From Clostridia bacterium (lineage in GTDB: Bacteria > Bacillota > Clostridia > Monoglobales > Monoglobaceae): DNA of 64,000 nt. Positions within the stretch are counted from its first letter, which is position 1; each line of letters starts with the position of its first letter. Shown here piece after piece: positions 48,338-58,367 of the stretch. The stretch spans positions 8,712 through 72,711 of the forward strand of contig JAZLFN010000020.1 in NCBI GenBank assembly GCA_045615805.1, read 5' to 3'. Both the position numbers and the translations under genes were made by a program. The notes under the pieces are model-generated. The model did no database searches, was not told where the DNA came from, and saw only the letters and a list, made by a program, of their open reading frames with translations.

Positions 48338-50620
48338 ATGAAAAAATCATTGAATTTAAGCGGAAAATGGAAGCTTTATTATTATGATTCCGACGAGGTT
48401 TTGGTTTCTTCTCCGAAAGAGCTTCAAAATGAGAGTGTTAATTGTGTAAATGCAACTGTTCCGGGAAATGTTGAGCTTGATTTGGCAAATTCGGGAATAA
48501 TACCAAAGGAGCTTTTCAAAGGTATGGCAACGGTTGAAAATTATAAGCTTGAGGCTCATGATTGGTGGTATGAAAAAGAATTTAACAATACCTTGAAAAA
48601 CGCAAAACGAATCTTTATTAAGTTCGGAGCCGTTGATTGTCTTGCAGATTATTACATAAACGGCGAAAAATTTGCATCTTCGGATAATGCGTTCATTGAA
48701 CAAAAGTTTGATGTTACCGATTTGATTAAAGACGGCAAAAATATTTTGCAGGTACATATAAAATCTGCGGCGAGATTTGCTTTAAAGCAGGATTTACCTA
48801 TGAATATTATAACCGAAAGAGCATACACGGCATATTTAAGAAAGCCTGCTCATTCCTTTGGTTGGGATATTTTTCCGAGGACTGTAAGTGCAGGAATATG
48901 GAAGGATGTAGAGCTTATTGGCGATGACAGTTGCGGTTTTTTAGAGTGTAGTTATTATGTGGACAAGTTTGGATTTGATAAGTGTGAGATAGTTTTTAAA
49001 ACCCAATTTGAGGTGCCTTACAAGACATTTTCCCGTGATATTGAAGTAAAAGTAACGGGCATTTGCGGAAGAAGCAAGTTTTCAAAAACATTTCCTGCAA
49101 ATCACTTTAAGGTGACGGTTGGTTCGGTAGTGATTGAAAATCCTGAAATTTGGTGGCCGTACGGATACGGAGAAGCTAATGTTTATGATGTGAAGTTTGA
49201 ACTTATCATTGACGGAAAGGTTTATGATATCCGAAAAATGAATATGGGTATTCGCAAGGTTGAGCTTGTCAGAACAGAAACTATGCTTGAAAAAAACCAT
49301 TGCTTTAAATTTGTGATAAACGATACCGATATTATGTGTAAAGGAAGTAATTGGGTTCCTCTTAATCCGTATCACAGTATGGATAAAGCCAAATACCAAA
49401 AGGCACTTGAGCTTTTCTCGGATACTCATTGCAATATATTACGAGTATGGGGTGGCGGAGTTTATGAGCAGGAAGAATTTTATGATTATTGCGACCGTCA
49501 CGGAATTATGGTTTGGCAGGACTTTATGATGGCTTGCAATCCAATGATTATGAATGATGAGATGATGAAAAATCTCGAAAAAGAATTTACATGGGCGGTA
49601 GTATCCCTTCGAAATCATCCGTCGATAGTTTTATGGGCAGGTGACAATGAAATAGACGAGCATTATGCCTACAGACATCGTGATACCGACGGGAATATTA
49701 TTACAAGAGAGCTTTTGCCTCATATAATAAACATTAACGATTGCAGACGCCCGTATCTTCCAAGTTCACCATATTTACCCGGAAAATACGCTGACGGATA
49801 CGAAAACGCAGAAGATATTTATGTTGAAAGGCATTTGTGGGGTGCAAGAGATTACTACAAGGCTGATTTTTATAAAAATTCCAAAGCTCATTTTGTCAGC
49901 GAAACAGGTTATCATGGTTGTCCGAACGTAAAAAGCCTTAAAAAGATTGTGGATGATGATTGCGTTTTCCCTGTTTATAATGAGCAATGGTGCCTTCATT
50001 CATCGGACCAAAGCGGAAATATGTCAAGAGTAAAGCTTATGGAAGACCAGATACGACAGCTTTTTGACTTTGTTCCCGATAACATTGACGACTTTAGTCT
50101 TGCATCTCAGATATCACAGGCTGAAGCCAAAAAGTATTTTATTGAAAGAGTGCGAATTAAAAAGCCGTATACAAGCGGTATTATTTGGTGGAATATGCTT
50201 GACGGTTGGCCTCAGATGTCGGATGCTGTTGTGGATTACTTTTTTGATAAAAAGCTTGCGTATGAGTATATAAAGCGCTCGCAGGAACCCTTTTGCCTTA
50301 TGATTGATGATATGAAGGATTGGACATATGATATTGTTGCATCGAATGATACATTAAATACCGTCAATGGTAGCTTTAAGGTTTCGGATATAGACACAGG
50401 CGAAGAACTGTGCAAGGGAAATATGGAAATTTTCCCGAATTCAAATCTTAAAGTCGGTGAAATTCCCCTTATGTATCCCGAAAAAAGGTTTTTGGTTGTT
50501 GAGTGGAATGTTAACGGAAAGACATATTTTAATCACTTTTTGTGCGGATTTCCGGGATTTGATTTTAAAAATTATAAAAAAAGCTTAAATAAATTTAAAA
50601 AATATATAAAGGAGAAATAA
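48338..50620 (+). CDS. Glycoside hydrolase family 2, beta-mannosidase-like (cytoplasmic)
   Basis: GH2 N-terminal sugar-binding region, TIM-barrel segments [16 protein letters not shown] and FVSETGYHG. No signal peptide. Confidence 0.72.
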   Translation: MKKSLNLSGKWKLYYYDSDEVLVSSPKELQNESVNCVNATVPGNVELDLANSGIIPKELFKGMATVENYKLEAHDWWYEKEFNNTLKNAKRIFIKFGAVDCLADYYINGEKFASSDNAFIEQKFDVTDLIKDGKNILQVHIKSAARFALKQDLPMNIITERAYTAYLRKPAHSFGWDIFPRTVSAGIWKDVELIGDDSCGFLECSYYVDKFGFDKCEIVFKTQFEVPYKTFSRDIEVKVTGICGRSKFSKTFPANHFKVTVGSVVIENPEIWWPYGYGEANVYDVKFELIIDGKVYDIRKMNMGIRKVELVRTETMLEKNHCFKFVINDTDIMCKGSNWVPLNPYHSMDKAKYQKALELFSDTHCNILRVWGGGVYEQEEFYDYCDRHGIMVWQDFMMACNPMIMNDEMMKNLEKEFTWAVVSLRNHPSIVLWAGDNEIDEHYAYRHRDTDGNIITRELLPHIININDCRRPYLPSSPYLPGKYADGYENAEDIYVERHLWGARDYYKADFYKNSKAHFVSETGYHGCPNVKSLKKIVDDDCVFPVYNEQWCLHSSDQSGNMSRVKLMEDQIRQLFDFVPDNIDDFSLASQISQAEAKKYFIERVRIKKPYTSGIIWWNMLDGWPQMSDAVVDYFFDKKLAYEYIKRSQEPFCLMIDDMKDWTYDIVASNDTLNTVNGSFKVSDIDTGEELCKGNMEIFPNSNLKVGEIPLMYPEKRFLVVEWNVNGKTYFNHFLCGFPGFDFKNYKKSLNKFKKYIKEK

Positions 50621-50624
50621 GATT

Positions 50625-51272
50625 ATGAAAATTTTTATTGACACTGCAAATGTAAACGAAATAAAGGATGCCGCAAAGCTTGGGGTATTGAGCGGAGTTA
50701 CTACTAACCCATCTCTTATAGCCAAAGAGGGCAGAAAATTTGAAGATGTAATTGCCGAAATCGTAGAAATTGTTGACGGACCAATCAGCGCAGAGGTTAC
50801 ATCTCCAAATGCGGATGAAATGGTAGCTCAGGCAAAAGAACTTTCGGCGATACATAAAAACATAGTAATTAAAATTCCGATTTGTGAGCAAGGTTTAATT
50901 GCTGTTGCAGAGCTTAAAAAGCATGGAATTAAAACAAATGTTACTTTGATTTTCAGTGCATCACAGGCTTTGCTTGCCGCAAGAGCCGGTGCAAGCTTTG
51001 TATCCCCTTTTATAGGCAGACTTGATGATATTTCTGATGACGGCTCTGTTCTTGTAGAAGAAATTGCAGAGATTTTTGATATATACGGAATTGAAACCGA
51101 AATAATTGCGGCAAGTATAAGAGGACCTCAGGATGCTGTCCGTGCGGCTCTTGCAGGGGCAGACATTGCAACTATTCCATATAAAGTAATTCTTCAAATG
51201 ATAAACCATCCCCTTACCGATAAGGGCATAGAAAAGTTTAATGCAGATTGGGCGAAGCTTACTCAAAAATAA
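50625..51272 (+). CDS. Fructose-6-phosphate aldolase / short transaldolase (TalC/Fsa family)
   Basis: N-terminus [13 protein letters not shown], then GVTTNPSL and the Schiff-base Lys context VIKIP. Confidence 0.88.
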   Translation: MKIFIDTANVNEIKDAAKLGVLSGVTTNPSLIAKEGRKFEDVIAEIVEIVDGPISAEVTSPNADEMVAQAKELSAIHKNIVIKIPICEQGLIAVAELKKHGIKTNVTLIFSASQALLAARAGASFVSPFIGRLDDISDDGSVLVEEIAEIFDIYGIETEIIAASIRGPQDAVRAALAGADIATIPYKVILQMINHPLTDKGIEKFNADWAKLTQK

Positions 51273-51284
51273 GGAGGAAGCATT

Positions 51285-52385
51285 ATGAATTATGATGCAA
51301 GACTTAAAAACCACTATTCGCCGCAAAAAGGTTGGATGAATGACCCCAACGGCTTGTGCGAATTTGATGGATATTACCATGCGTTTTATCAGTTTATGAA
51401 AGATTACGAGCAGCCGTGGTATGCTCCTATGACATGGGGACATGCAAGAACCAAGGATTTTAAAAATTGGGAGGAGCTTCCGGTTGCTCTTTACGCCGAT
51501 AAAGAATATGATACAGATGGTTGTTGGTCAGGCACGGCAATAGAGCATGATGGAGTTTTGTATCTCTTTTATGCTTCGGTAATCAAAGACGGCGAAAAAT
51601 GGAAACAGAGCGTCAGTATGGCATATTCCAAAGACGGGATAAACTTTGAGAAGCATGAAAGCAATCCTTTAATAAAGACCTCTCCCATAGGGTGCGGCAG
51701 AGATTTCAGAGACCCTGCAATAATGAAATATAAGGATGGTTTTTGCCTTGTTGTTGCAACATCCGATGAAGAAAATACCGAGGGACGCCTTGTGCTTTAC
51801 AAAAGTAACAACTTGGTTGATTGGGAGTATTCCGGAATAATCAAGAAATGGGACTCATCCAAATATTGTGAATGTCCGTCGTTTATGCCGTACGGAGATA
51901 AATTTATGCTTACAACCTCTGTGGTAGCACTTGATGATTCCAAACGGTTTTGTGTTATGTACGGTGATTTTGACGGAGAAAAGTTTGTGTCCGAAATAAC
52001 AGCGGAACCATTTAAAGGTCCCGACCAATATGCAGGACAGGCTTTCCTTGATAATTCGGGGAGGCATATATTTATTACTTGGCTTCCAGGATGGGAATAT
52101 GCCGAGTTTTATAAAAAATCAATCGGATGCCTTTCTATGCCTCTTGAACTTGTGGTTAAAGACGGTAAAATTATTGCAATTCCGATTAAAGAAACGGAGA
52201 ATATCGGAACGACTGATGATGAATATGTTAAATTGTCAAATGAAGGATTTGTGATTAAGCGTGAAGTAAGACCTGATGTGATATGCAAAACCGGCGTAAA
52301 AGATATGAAAATTATCCGTGATGAATATATAATTGAGATTTATATAAATGGCGGCGAAGAGGTATATTCCGCTGTTTTGTGTTGA
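51285..52385 (+). CDS. Glycoside hydrolase family 32 (beta-fructofuranosidase-like), short form
   Basis: WMNDPNG, FRDP and CECP catalytic motifs. Only 366 aa. Confidence 0.8.
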   Translation: MNYDARLKNHYSPQKGWMNDPNGLCEFDGYYHAFYQFMKDYEQPWYAPMTWGHARTKDFKNWEELPVALYADKEYDTDGCWSGTAIEHDGVLYLFYASVIKDGEKWKQSVSMAYSKDGINFEKHESNPLIKTSPIGCGRDFRDPAIMKYKDGFCLVVATSDEENTEGRLVLYKSNNLVDWEYSGIIKKWDSSKYCECPSFMPYGDKFMLTTSVVALDDSKRFCVMYGDFDGEKFVSEITAEPFKGPDQYAGQAFLDNSGRHIFITWLPGWEYAEFYKKSIGCLSMPLELVVKDGKIIAIPIKETENIGTTDDEYVKLSNEGFVIKREVRPDVICKTGVKDMKIIRDEYIIEIYINGGEEVYSAVLC

Positions 52386-52391
52386 CAGCAC

Positions 52392-52424
52392 AAAAAAGTC
52401 GATGGATTTTGCATCGACTTTTTT
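52392..52424 (+). terminator. Rho-independent terminator of the glycoside-hydrolase cluster
   Basis: AAAAAAGTCGATG-GATTTTG-CATCGACTTTTTT. Confidence 0.9.
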
Positions 52425-52470
52425 CTTGTAAAAACTTTATTTGTATGATATAATTTAACCGGTGGTTTAA

Positions 52471-53838
52471 ATGAATATTGATAAAAACATAGCTCTTGCC
52501 GAAAGAATTGCCACAGAGGTCCAAAAAGCAGGCGGAGAAACATATTATGTGGGCGGATATGTCAGAGATAAGCTTTTGGGAATTCAAAGCAAGGATATTG
52601 ATATCGAGATTTACGGTATAGAGGTTGATGTGCTTGAAAAAATTCTTGACAGCATCGGTGAAAGAACAGAGTACGGCAAAAGCTTTGGGATTTACGGCAT
52701 AAAGGGATATACGCTTGATATCGCCTTTCCGAGAAAAGAAAGGCAAATCGGAAAAGGACACAGAGATTTTAAAATAGAGATTGACCCTTTTATTAACCCG
52801 AAGATTGCCACAAAAAGAAGAGATTTTACAATAAATGCATTTATGGAAAATGTTATAAGCGGAAAACTTCTTGACTTTTACGGCGGTATTGAGGCCTTGA
52901 AAAACAAAAGAATATGTCATATAGATGATCTTTCTTTCGCAGAAGATTCGTTAAGAGTATTTCGAGGGGCACAGCTTGCCGCAAGGCTTGATTTTAAGAT
53001 TTGTGACGAAACGCGAAAACTTTGCAGTAAAATGGATGTTTCAAAGCTCTCAAAAGAAAGAGTGGAAGAGGAGCTTAAAAAAGCTTTGCTTTGCAGCAAT
53101 AAACCGCAGATTTTCTTTGAAGAATTACAAAAAATGAATATGCTTGATTTTTGGTTTCCGGAAATCAAAGCTTTGATTGGGTTAGAACAAAATCCCGTAT
53201 ATCATCCTGAGGGAGATGTATATACCCATACAATGATTGTTTTGGAAAATGCATCAAAATACAGAGATGAATCATCATATCCATATGGATTTATGCTGTC
53301 AGCACTTGCACATGATTTCGGGAAAACTGTTTGCACTGAAATAAAGGATGGAAGAATTATTTCCTATGGGCATGAAACTGTTGGTTTGCCTATTGTAAAA
53401 AAATTTATCGAAAGACTTACGAATGATCGAAAATTAAAAAAATATGTATTAAATATGGTTGAAAATCATATGCGTCCCAATGCTTTGGCGGTACAAAATT
53501 CGTCTATAAAGACGACGAATAAATTGTTTAATGATGTAGCCTCTCCGAATGATATTATTTATCTTGCATTGTCCGATATAAAAACAGGAAATATTGATGA
53601 AAAGAGTAAAAACGAAAAATTTTTATATGACAGGCTTAAAATTTATGAAGATTTAATGAGTAAGCCATACATTACCGGAAAAGACCTTATAGATTCGGGA
53701 CTTGATGCGGATAAATCTTTTTCAGACATATTGGAATATGTTAATAAACTGCGGCTTTCGGGCATTGATAAAGAGTCTGCGCTTAAGATGACTATTGCAT
53801 ATGCTAAGAAAATTAATAATTTTATTTCTCAAAAATAA
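52471..53838 (+). CDS. cca: CCA-adding tRNA nucleotidyltransferase with HD domain
   Basis: Motifs GGYVRDKLLG and DIDIEI. HD region HPEGDVYTHT...HDFGK. Confidence 0.88.
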   Translation: MNIDKNIALAERIATEVQKAGGETYYVGGYVRDKLLGIQSKDIDIEIYGIEVDVLEKILDSIGERTEYGKSFGIYGIKGYTLDIAFPRKERQIGKGHRDFKIEIDPFINPKIATKRRDFTINAFMENVISGKLLDFYGGIEALKNKRICHIDDLSFAEDSLRVFRGAQLAARLDFKICDETRKLCSKMDVSKLSKERVEEELKKALLCSNKPQIFFEELQKMNMLDFWFPEIKALIGLEQNPVYHPEGDVYTHTMIVLENASKYRDESSYPYGFMLSALAHDFGKTVCTEIKDGRIISYGHETVGLPIVKKFIERLTNDRKLKKYVLNMVENHMRPNALAVQNSSIKTTNKLFNDVASPNDIIYLALSDIKTGNIDEKSKNEKFLYDRLKIYEDLMSKPYITGKDLIDSGLDADKSFSDILEYVNKLRLSGIDKESALKMTIAYAKKINNFISQK

Positions 53839-53907
53839 AGTTTTTCTTGACTAAATGTGGAAAATGAAGTATAATAAAGTAGATTAAAAAAAGAAAGGAT
53901 TTTGAAA

Positions 53908-54696
53908 ATGAAAAAAGTTATTGCTTTAATTTGTTGCGTAAGCTTAATTGCATGTGTATTGGTTGGATGCGGAGCTGCTGATAACAGTTCATCTGCTCCT
54001 GCTGAAAACGGCGGAGCCGATAAAGTTTGGAAGATTGCTTCCGACACAGTATTCAAGCCGTTTGAATACACTGATGCAAGCGGAAAGTTTGTAGGTATTG
54101 ATGTCGATATTTTGGATGCAATTGCAAAGGACCAAGGATTTAAGTATGAACTCAACAGTATCGGTTGGGATGCTTCAATTGCTGCTTGTCAGGCAGGTCA
54201 GGCTGATGGTATGATTGCAGGTGCTTCTATTACCGAAGAGCGTAAAAAGACCGGTTGGATTTTCTCTGACGGATATTATGTTGCAACTCAGTGTATGACA
54301 GTTGCAAAGGACGCTGATATCAAATCGTTTGATGATGTAAAGGGTAAAGAGGTTGCCGTTAAGACAGGTACACAGGGTGCAACATATGCAGAGAGCTTAA
54401 AGGATAAGTACGAGCTTAAAATTACATATTTTGAAGATTCGCCCACAATGTATCAGGCAGTTATCGGCGGTCAGGCTGTTGCTTGCTTTGAGGATACGCC
54501 TATTATGTCCGCTTCGATAAAAGAAGGTAGCCTTGCGCTTAAGATTGTTGAAGGCTCCGAAAACGAAGGCGCACCTTACGGATTTGCGATATTTAATAGT
54601 GCAAATCAGCAGCTTATTGATATGTTCAATAAGGGACTTGCAAATATCAAGGCGAACGGTACTTACGACCAGATTATAAAGAAGTACCTCGGATAA
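53908..54696 (+). CDS. Polar amino-acid ABC transporter substrate-binding lipoprotein
   Basis: Lipobox LVGCG and type-3 SBP fold motifs (FEYTD, GIDVDIL). Start could instead be TTG 53902. Confidence 0.88.
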   Translation: MKKVIALICCVSLIACVLVGCGAADNSSSAPAENGGADKVWKIASDTVFKPFEYTDASGKFVGIDVDILDAIAKDQGFKYELNSIGWDASIAACQAGQADGMIAGASITEERKKTGWIFSDGYYVATQCMTVAKDADIKSFDDVKGKEVAVKTGTQGATYAESLKDKYELKITYFEDSPTMYQAVIGGQAVACFEDTPIMSASIKEGSLALKIVEGSENEGAPYGFAIFNSANQQLIDMFNKGLANIKANGTYDQIIKKYLG

Positions 54697-54719
54697 TTTG
54701 ATTTTCCGTGAAAATATGC

Positions 54720-54757
54720 GGGGGTCCTTGTGGTCCCCCCTATGTTTTTTTGAAGGA
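54720..54757 (+). terminator. Intra-operon GC hairpin plus T-run (attenuating terminator between SBP and permease genes)
   Basis: GGGGGTCC-TTGT-GGTCCCCC (central T-T mismatch), followed by CTATGTTTTTTT. Confidence 0.5.
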
Positions 54758-54769
54758 GTTTAGCAAACT

Positions 54770-55441
54770 ATGATACAAATACTTTCATCTTTTGGCAGAC
54801 TGTTATTGCTTGCCATGGGACAGACCTTGCTGCTTGCTTTGTGTGGTTTGTTCTTTGCCTGTATCTTAGGTATGATTTTTGGGTTGATGAGCGTTGTTAA
54901 AAATCGTGCATGTAATATTGCAGCACAGGTTTTTGTTGATGCCATTCGCGGAGTACCAATGATAGTTCTGGCTTATTTTATATATTTTGGAATTCCTTAT
55001 GCGTTGAAAAACTTTTTAAACATAAATATAACAATGTCTGCTCTTCAGGCAGGTACAATATGTTTAGCACTTAATTGCGGAGCGTATATGGCAGAAATCA
55101 TTCGTGCCGGAATTCAGTCTGTTGATGTAGGTCAAATGGAGGCTGCGAGAAGTCTTGGACTTAAATACAGCTCATCTATGCGGCTTGTTGTTCTTCCTCA
55201 GGCTATCAAAACCATGATTCCCAGCATAATAAATCAGTTCATTATTACTTTAAAGGATACATCAATTTTATCTGTAATTGGATTCCCTGAACTTGTAAAT
55301 ACTGCAAAAAATGTTATTTCTATTAACTTTCAATCATTCCAAGTATGGGCAATTGTTGCTGTAATGTATCTGATTGTTATTACGATTTTGTCTAAGCTTG
55401 CAAAACGTGTAGAGAGGAGAATGAATCGTGGCAGGAAATAG
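54770..55441 (+). CDS. Amino-acid ABC transporter permease
   Basis: EAA loop [11 protein letters not shown]; five TM segments. Confidence 0.9.
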   Translation: MIQILSSFGRLLLLAMGQTLLLALCGLFFACILGMIFGLMSVVKNRACNIAAQVFVDAIRGVPMIVLAYFIYFGIPYALKNFLNINITMSALQAGTICLALNCGAYMAEIIRAGIQSVDVGQMEAARSLGLKYSSSMRLVVLPQAIKTMIPSIINQFIITLKDTSILSVIGFPELVNTAKNVISINFQSFQVWAIVAVMYLIVITILSKLAKRVERRMNRGRK

Positions 55442-56174
55442 TGAAAAAATTAAAATTCATTTGAATGATGTGAAAAAGAATTTCGGTGATTTAGAAGTCT
55501 TAAAAGGAATTTCCCTTGATGTATATGAAGGAGAGGTAGTTGTTATTCTCGGACCTTCCGGAAGCGGAAAGTCAACTCTTTTAAGATGTCTTAACAAGCT
55601 TGAAGAGGTTAACTCCGGAGAAGTTATCGTTGACGGAATTGATTTAAATGATAAGAAAACAGACATAAATAAAGTTCGCGAAGACATTGGTATGGTGTTC
55701 CAGCATTTTAATCTTTTTAACAACTTAAATGTTTTGGATAATCTTATGCTTGCGCCCAATACCTTAAAGAAAGGGACTAAACAGGAAAACAAAGAAAAGG
55801 CTCTTGAAATGCTTGAAAAGGTCGGACTTTCAGATAAGACGGATGCCTACCCTTCACAGCTTTCCGGTGGTCAGAAACAGCGTGTTGCCATCGCAAGAGC
55901 GTTATGTATGAACCCGGATATTATGTTGTTTGACGAGCCTACATCTGCCCTTGATCCCGAAATGGTTGGAGAGGTTTTACAGGTTATGAAAAAGCTCGCA
56001 TCCGAGGGTATGACAATGGTTATGGTATCTCATGAGATTGGATTTGCAAGAGAGGTTGCAGACAGAGTTGTGTTCCTTGACGACGGCATCTTGCTTGAGC
56101 AGGGCACGCCCGAGGATGTTATTTACAACTCCAAAGAACCTCGTGTTATTGATTTCTTTAATAAAGTGCTTTAA
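55428..56174 (+). CDS. Amino-acid ABC transporter ATP-binding protein
   Basis: Walker [10 protein letters not shown], signature [15 protein letters not shown], Walker [16 protein letters not shown] start after GAGGAG. Confidence 0.93.
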   Translation: MAGNSEKIKIHLNDVKKNFGDLEVLKGISLDVYEGEVVVILGPSGSGKSTLLRCLNKLEEVNSGEVIVDGIDLNDKKTDINKVREDIGMVFQHFNLFNNLNVLDNLMLAPNTLKKGTKQENKEKALEMLEKVGLSDKTDAYPSQLSGGQKQRVAIARALCMNPDIMLFDEPTSALDPEMVGEVLQVMKKLASEGMTMVMVSHEIGFAREVADRVVFLDDGILLEQGTPEDVIYNSKEPRVIDFFNKVL

Positions 56175-56227
56175 GTGTGTTAAGACAAAATCATACAGAT
56201 GTCCCCAGAGTACACCTTGTTTATTTT

Positions 56228-56262
56228 GCTTCGCCTATTTGGCGAAGCTTTGCTTTTTTTTC
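56228..56262 (+). terminator. Rho-independent terminator of the ABC operon
   Basis: GCTTCGCC-TATTT-GGCGAAGC, followed by TTTGCTTTTTTTT. Confidence 0.85.
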
Positions 56263-56485
56263 GTCTTTTTGTCCTTCTCAAAAATTTTGCGATTTTTCGG
56301 GATTGCTTGTGTACTATTTTGCGGAACTGTACAAAGACATGGTACATATTATCCCTAAAAGCTGCCCCAATGAACACATTTTTGTTAAATTTTGAAAAGT
56401 TTAAATATTTTTCGAAATTCTATTGTTTTTATTATTCCGTTGTGATATATTTAGTATATATAATAAATTTGTTAAGAGGCTTAAG

Positions 56486-57913
56486 ATGAATATATTTAAA
56501 AGATTGAAACCTAAAAATACTGATGATGTTTTCTTGAAAAATGAGATTATAGGAAATTCTTTATCAACACTTATTCTCTTGATTTTTGCTCTCATTACTG
56601 TTTTTTTGTGGTTTTCCTTTGATTGGAGCATAATTATAGGAAAGAGGTTGCTTATAAACTCTGTTTTTATTATATCATTTTTGTCAACCATCTTTTGTCT
56701 TGTCCTTTTGTTTGCATTCAGAGGCAGAAAAAGATGGATTAAATATGCAATTATAATTTTGTTTGTTGTCGCCTTTGTCGGTTTTTCCTGCTTTGGTGAT
56801 TATATTGCGGTTACTATAATTTTAGTTATACCGATTGCTCTATCTTGTATTTATTTTATGCCGAAATTTACAATTTTTGCAACTGTTTTTTCCATTGTGA
56901 TGTTGACATTTACAAGATATTTTTCTGTTAAAACCGGACTGGCAGATTTGGATTTAAATTATGTTGTTTTAAATTTAGGCGAAAAATGGGTCGTATATAA
57001 CGATTTATACACATCTCTTTATGGCGCCGGTATAAACATAGATAAATATTTATATTTGTTTATGGTTCAGTCCCATATTCCTACGGTATTGGTGATGGGG
57101 TGTGTAGGTACAATTTGTTCTCTTATTGCCAACAGAGGCAAGAAGATGGTTTGGGAACAAGCTGAAATTTCTGCTAAAAATGAGCGAATTAAAAATGAAC
57201 TTGAGCTTGCGTCGAAGATACAGGAAAGTATGCTTCCGAAAAATCTTTTGAGTCATGAAGCGTTTAATATAAATGCGATGATGAAGCCTGCAAAAGAAGT
57301 TGGCGGTGATTTTTACGATTATTTTATGACTGCGGGCGGACAACTTGCATTTGTTGTAGCGGATGTTTCGGATAAGGGAGTTCCGGCTGCTTTGTTTATG
57401 GCGAAAACAAAAACCCTTTTGAGAACATTTATTGAAGACGGTGTGGATATTGCCGAAGCATTTAACAAAGTTAACATTGCCATGTCCGATAATAATGAAT
57501 GGAATATGTTTGTTACGATGTTTGCAGGTATTATTGACCCCAAAACCTATGTTGTTACTTGTGTGAATGCAGGTCATTGCCGTCCGTTACTCAGAAAAAA
57601 CGATAACAATTTTGAATATATTGATATTGAACCTGATTTAGTAGTCGGAAGCTTTGAGAACCTTGAATTTACATCTCATAAATTTGAAATTAAAAAAGGT
57701 GACCGTTTGTTTCTTTATACCGATGGGGTCACAGAGGCGACAAGCAAGGATAAGGTGTTATACGGAGAAGAGCGCCTGCTTGATTTTATGAACAAACACA
57801 AAGAGATGAATGTCAATGAAATTACAGAAACCTTGGGAGATGAGCTGACGGCTCATTTAAACGGAGTAGAGCAAAACGATGATATTACAATGCTTGTAAT
57901 TGATATTTGTTAA
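56486..57913 (+). CDS. Membrane-bound PP2C-type (SpoIIE/RsbU-like) serine phosphatase
   Basis: About 6-7 N-terminal TM helices, then GGDFYDY, VADVSDKGVPAALFM and LYTDGVTEA. Start moved to ATG 56486. Confidence 0.85.
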   Translation: MNIFKRLKPKNTDDVFLKNEIIGNSLSTLILLIFALITVFLWFSFDWSIIIGKRLLINSVFIISFLSTIFCLVLLFAFRGRKRWIKYAIIILFVVAFVGFSCFGDYIAVTIILVIPIALSCIYFMPKFTIFATVFSIVMLTFTRYFSVKTGLADLDLNYVVLNLGEKWVVYNDLYTSLYGAGINIDKYLYLFMVQSHIPTVLVMGCVGTICSLIANRGKKMVWEQAEISAKNERIKNELELASKIQESMLPKNLLSHEAFNINAMMKPAKEVGGDFYDYFMTAGGQLAFVVADVSDKGVPAALFMAKTKTLLRTFIEDGVDIAEAFNKVNIAMSDNNEWNMFVTMFAGIIDPKTYVVTCVNAGHCRPLLRKNDNNFEYIDIEPDLVVGSFENLEFTSHKFEIKKGDRLFLYTDGVTEATSKDKVLYGEERLLDFMNKHKEMNVNEITETLGDELTAHLNGVEQNDDITMLVIDIC

Positions 57914-57937
57914 TTATATAAAAGGAGAAAAAATATT

Positions 57938-58240
57938 ATGTTAAAAATCCAAAAAGTAAACGACGGAGAACTTACAGAGATTAAGCTTTCGGGCAGACTT
58001 GATGTGAATACATCGAAAGAGCTAAATGAATTTATTGAAAAAGAACTTTCGGAAGTTACTAAAAAGCTGATATTTGATTTTAAAGATCTTGAATATATTT
58101 CAAGTGCCGGACTTAGAATTGTGCTTTCTGTCCATAAAACAATGAGCGGTAAAGAAGGTCTTATTATTAAAAATGTCAGCGATAGTATGATGGAGATATT
58201 TAAAGCAACGGCATTTACAAAATTTTTGAATTTTGAATAA
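57938..58240 (+). CDS. STAS domain anti-sigma-factor antagonist (SpoIIAA/RsbV-like)
   Basis: 100 aa. DLEYISSAGLRIVL with the conserved phosphorylatable Ser context. Confidence 0.85.
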   Translation: MLKIQKVNDGELTEIKLSGRLDVNTSKELNEFIEKELSEVTKKLIFDFKDLEYISSAGLRIVLSVHKTMSGKEGLIIKNVSDSMMEIFKATAFTKFLNFE

Positions 58241-58280
58241 TGCGTTTTGATTTTATCTATGTTGCAGCAAAATAATAATG

Positions 58281-58318
58281 TAATAAGCAATTCCCTTGAA
58301 CTGCGGAATTGCTTATTA
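58281..58318. other. 14-bp perfect hairpin without T-run downstream of the STAS gene
   Basis: TAATAAGCAATTCC-(10 nt)-GGAATTGCTTATTA. Confidence 0.6.
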
Positions 58319-58367
58319 AATGTTGATGTTGCTTAATTTGGGTTGTTGTTAAGAAAAGAGGTAGTTT

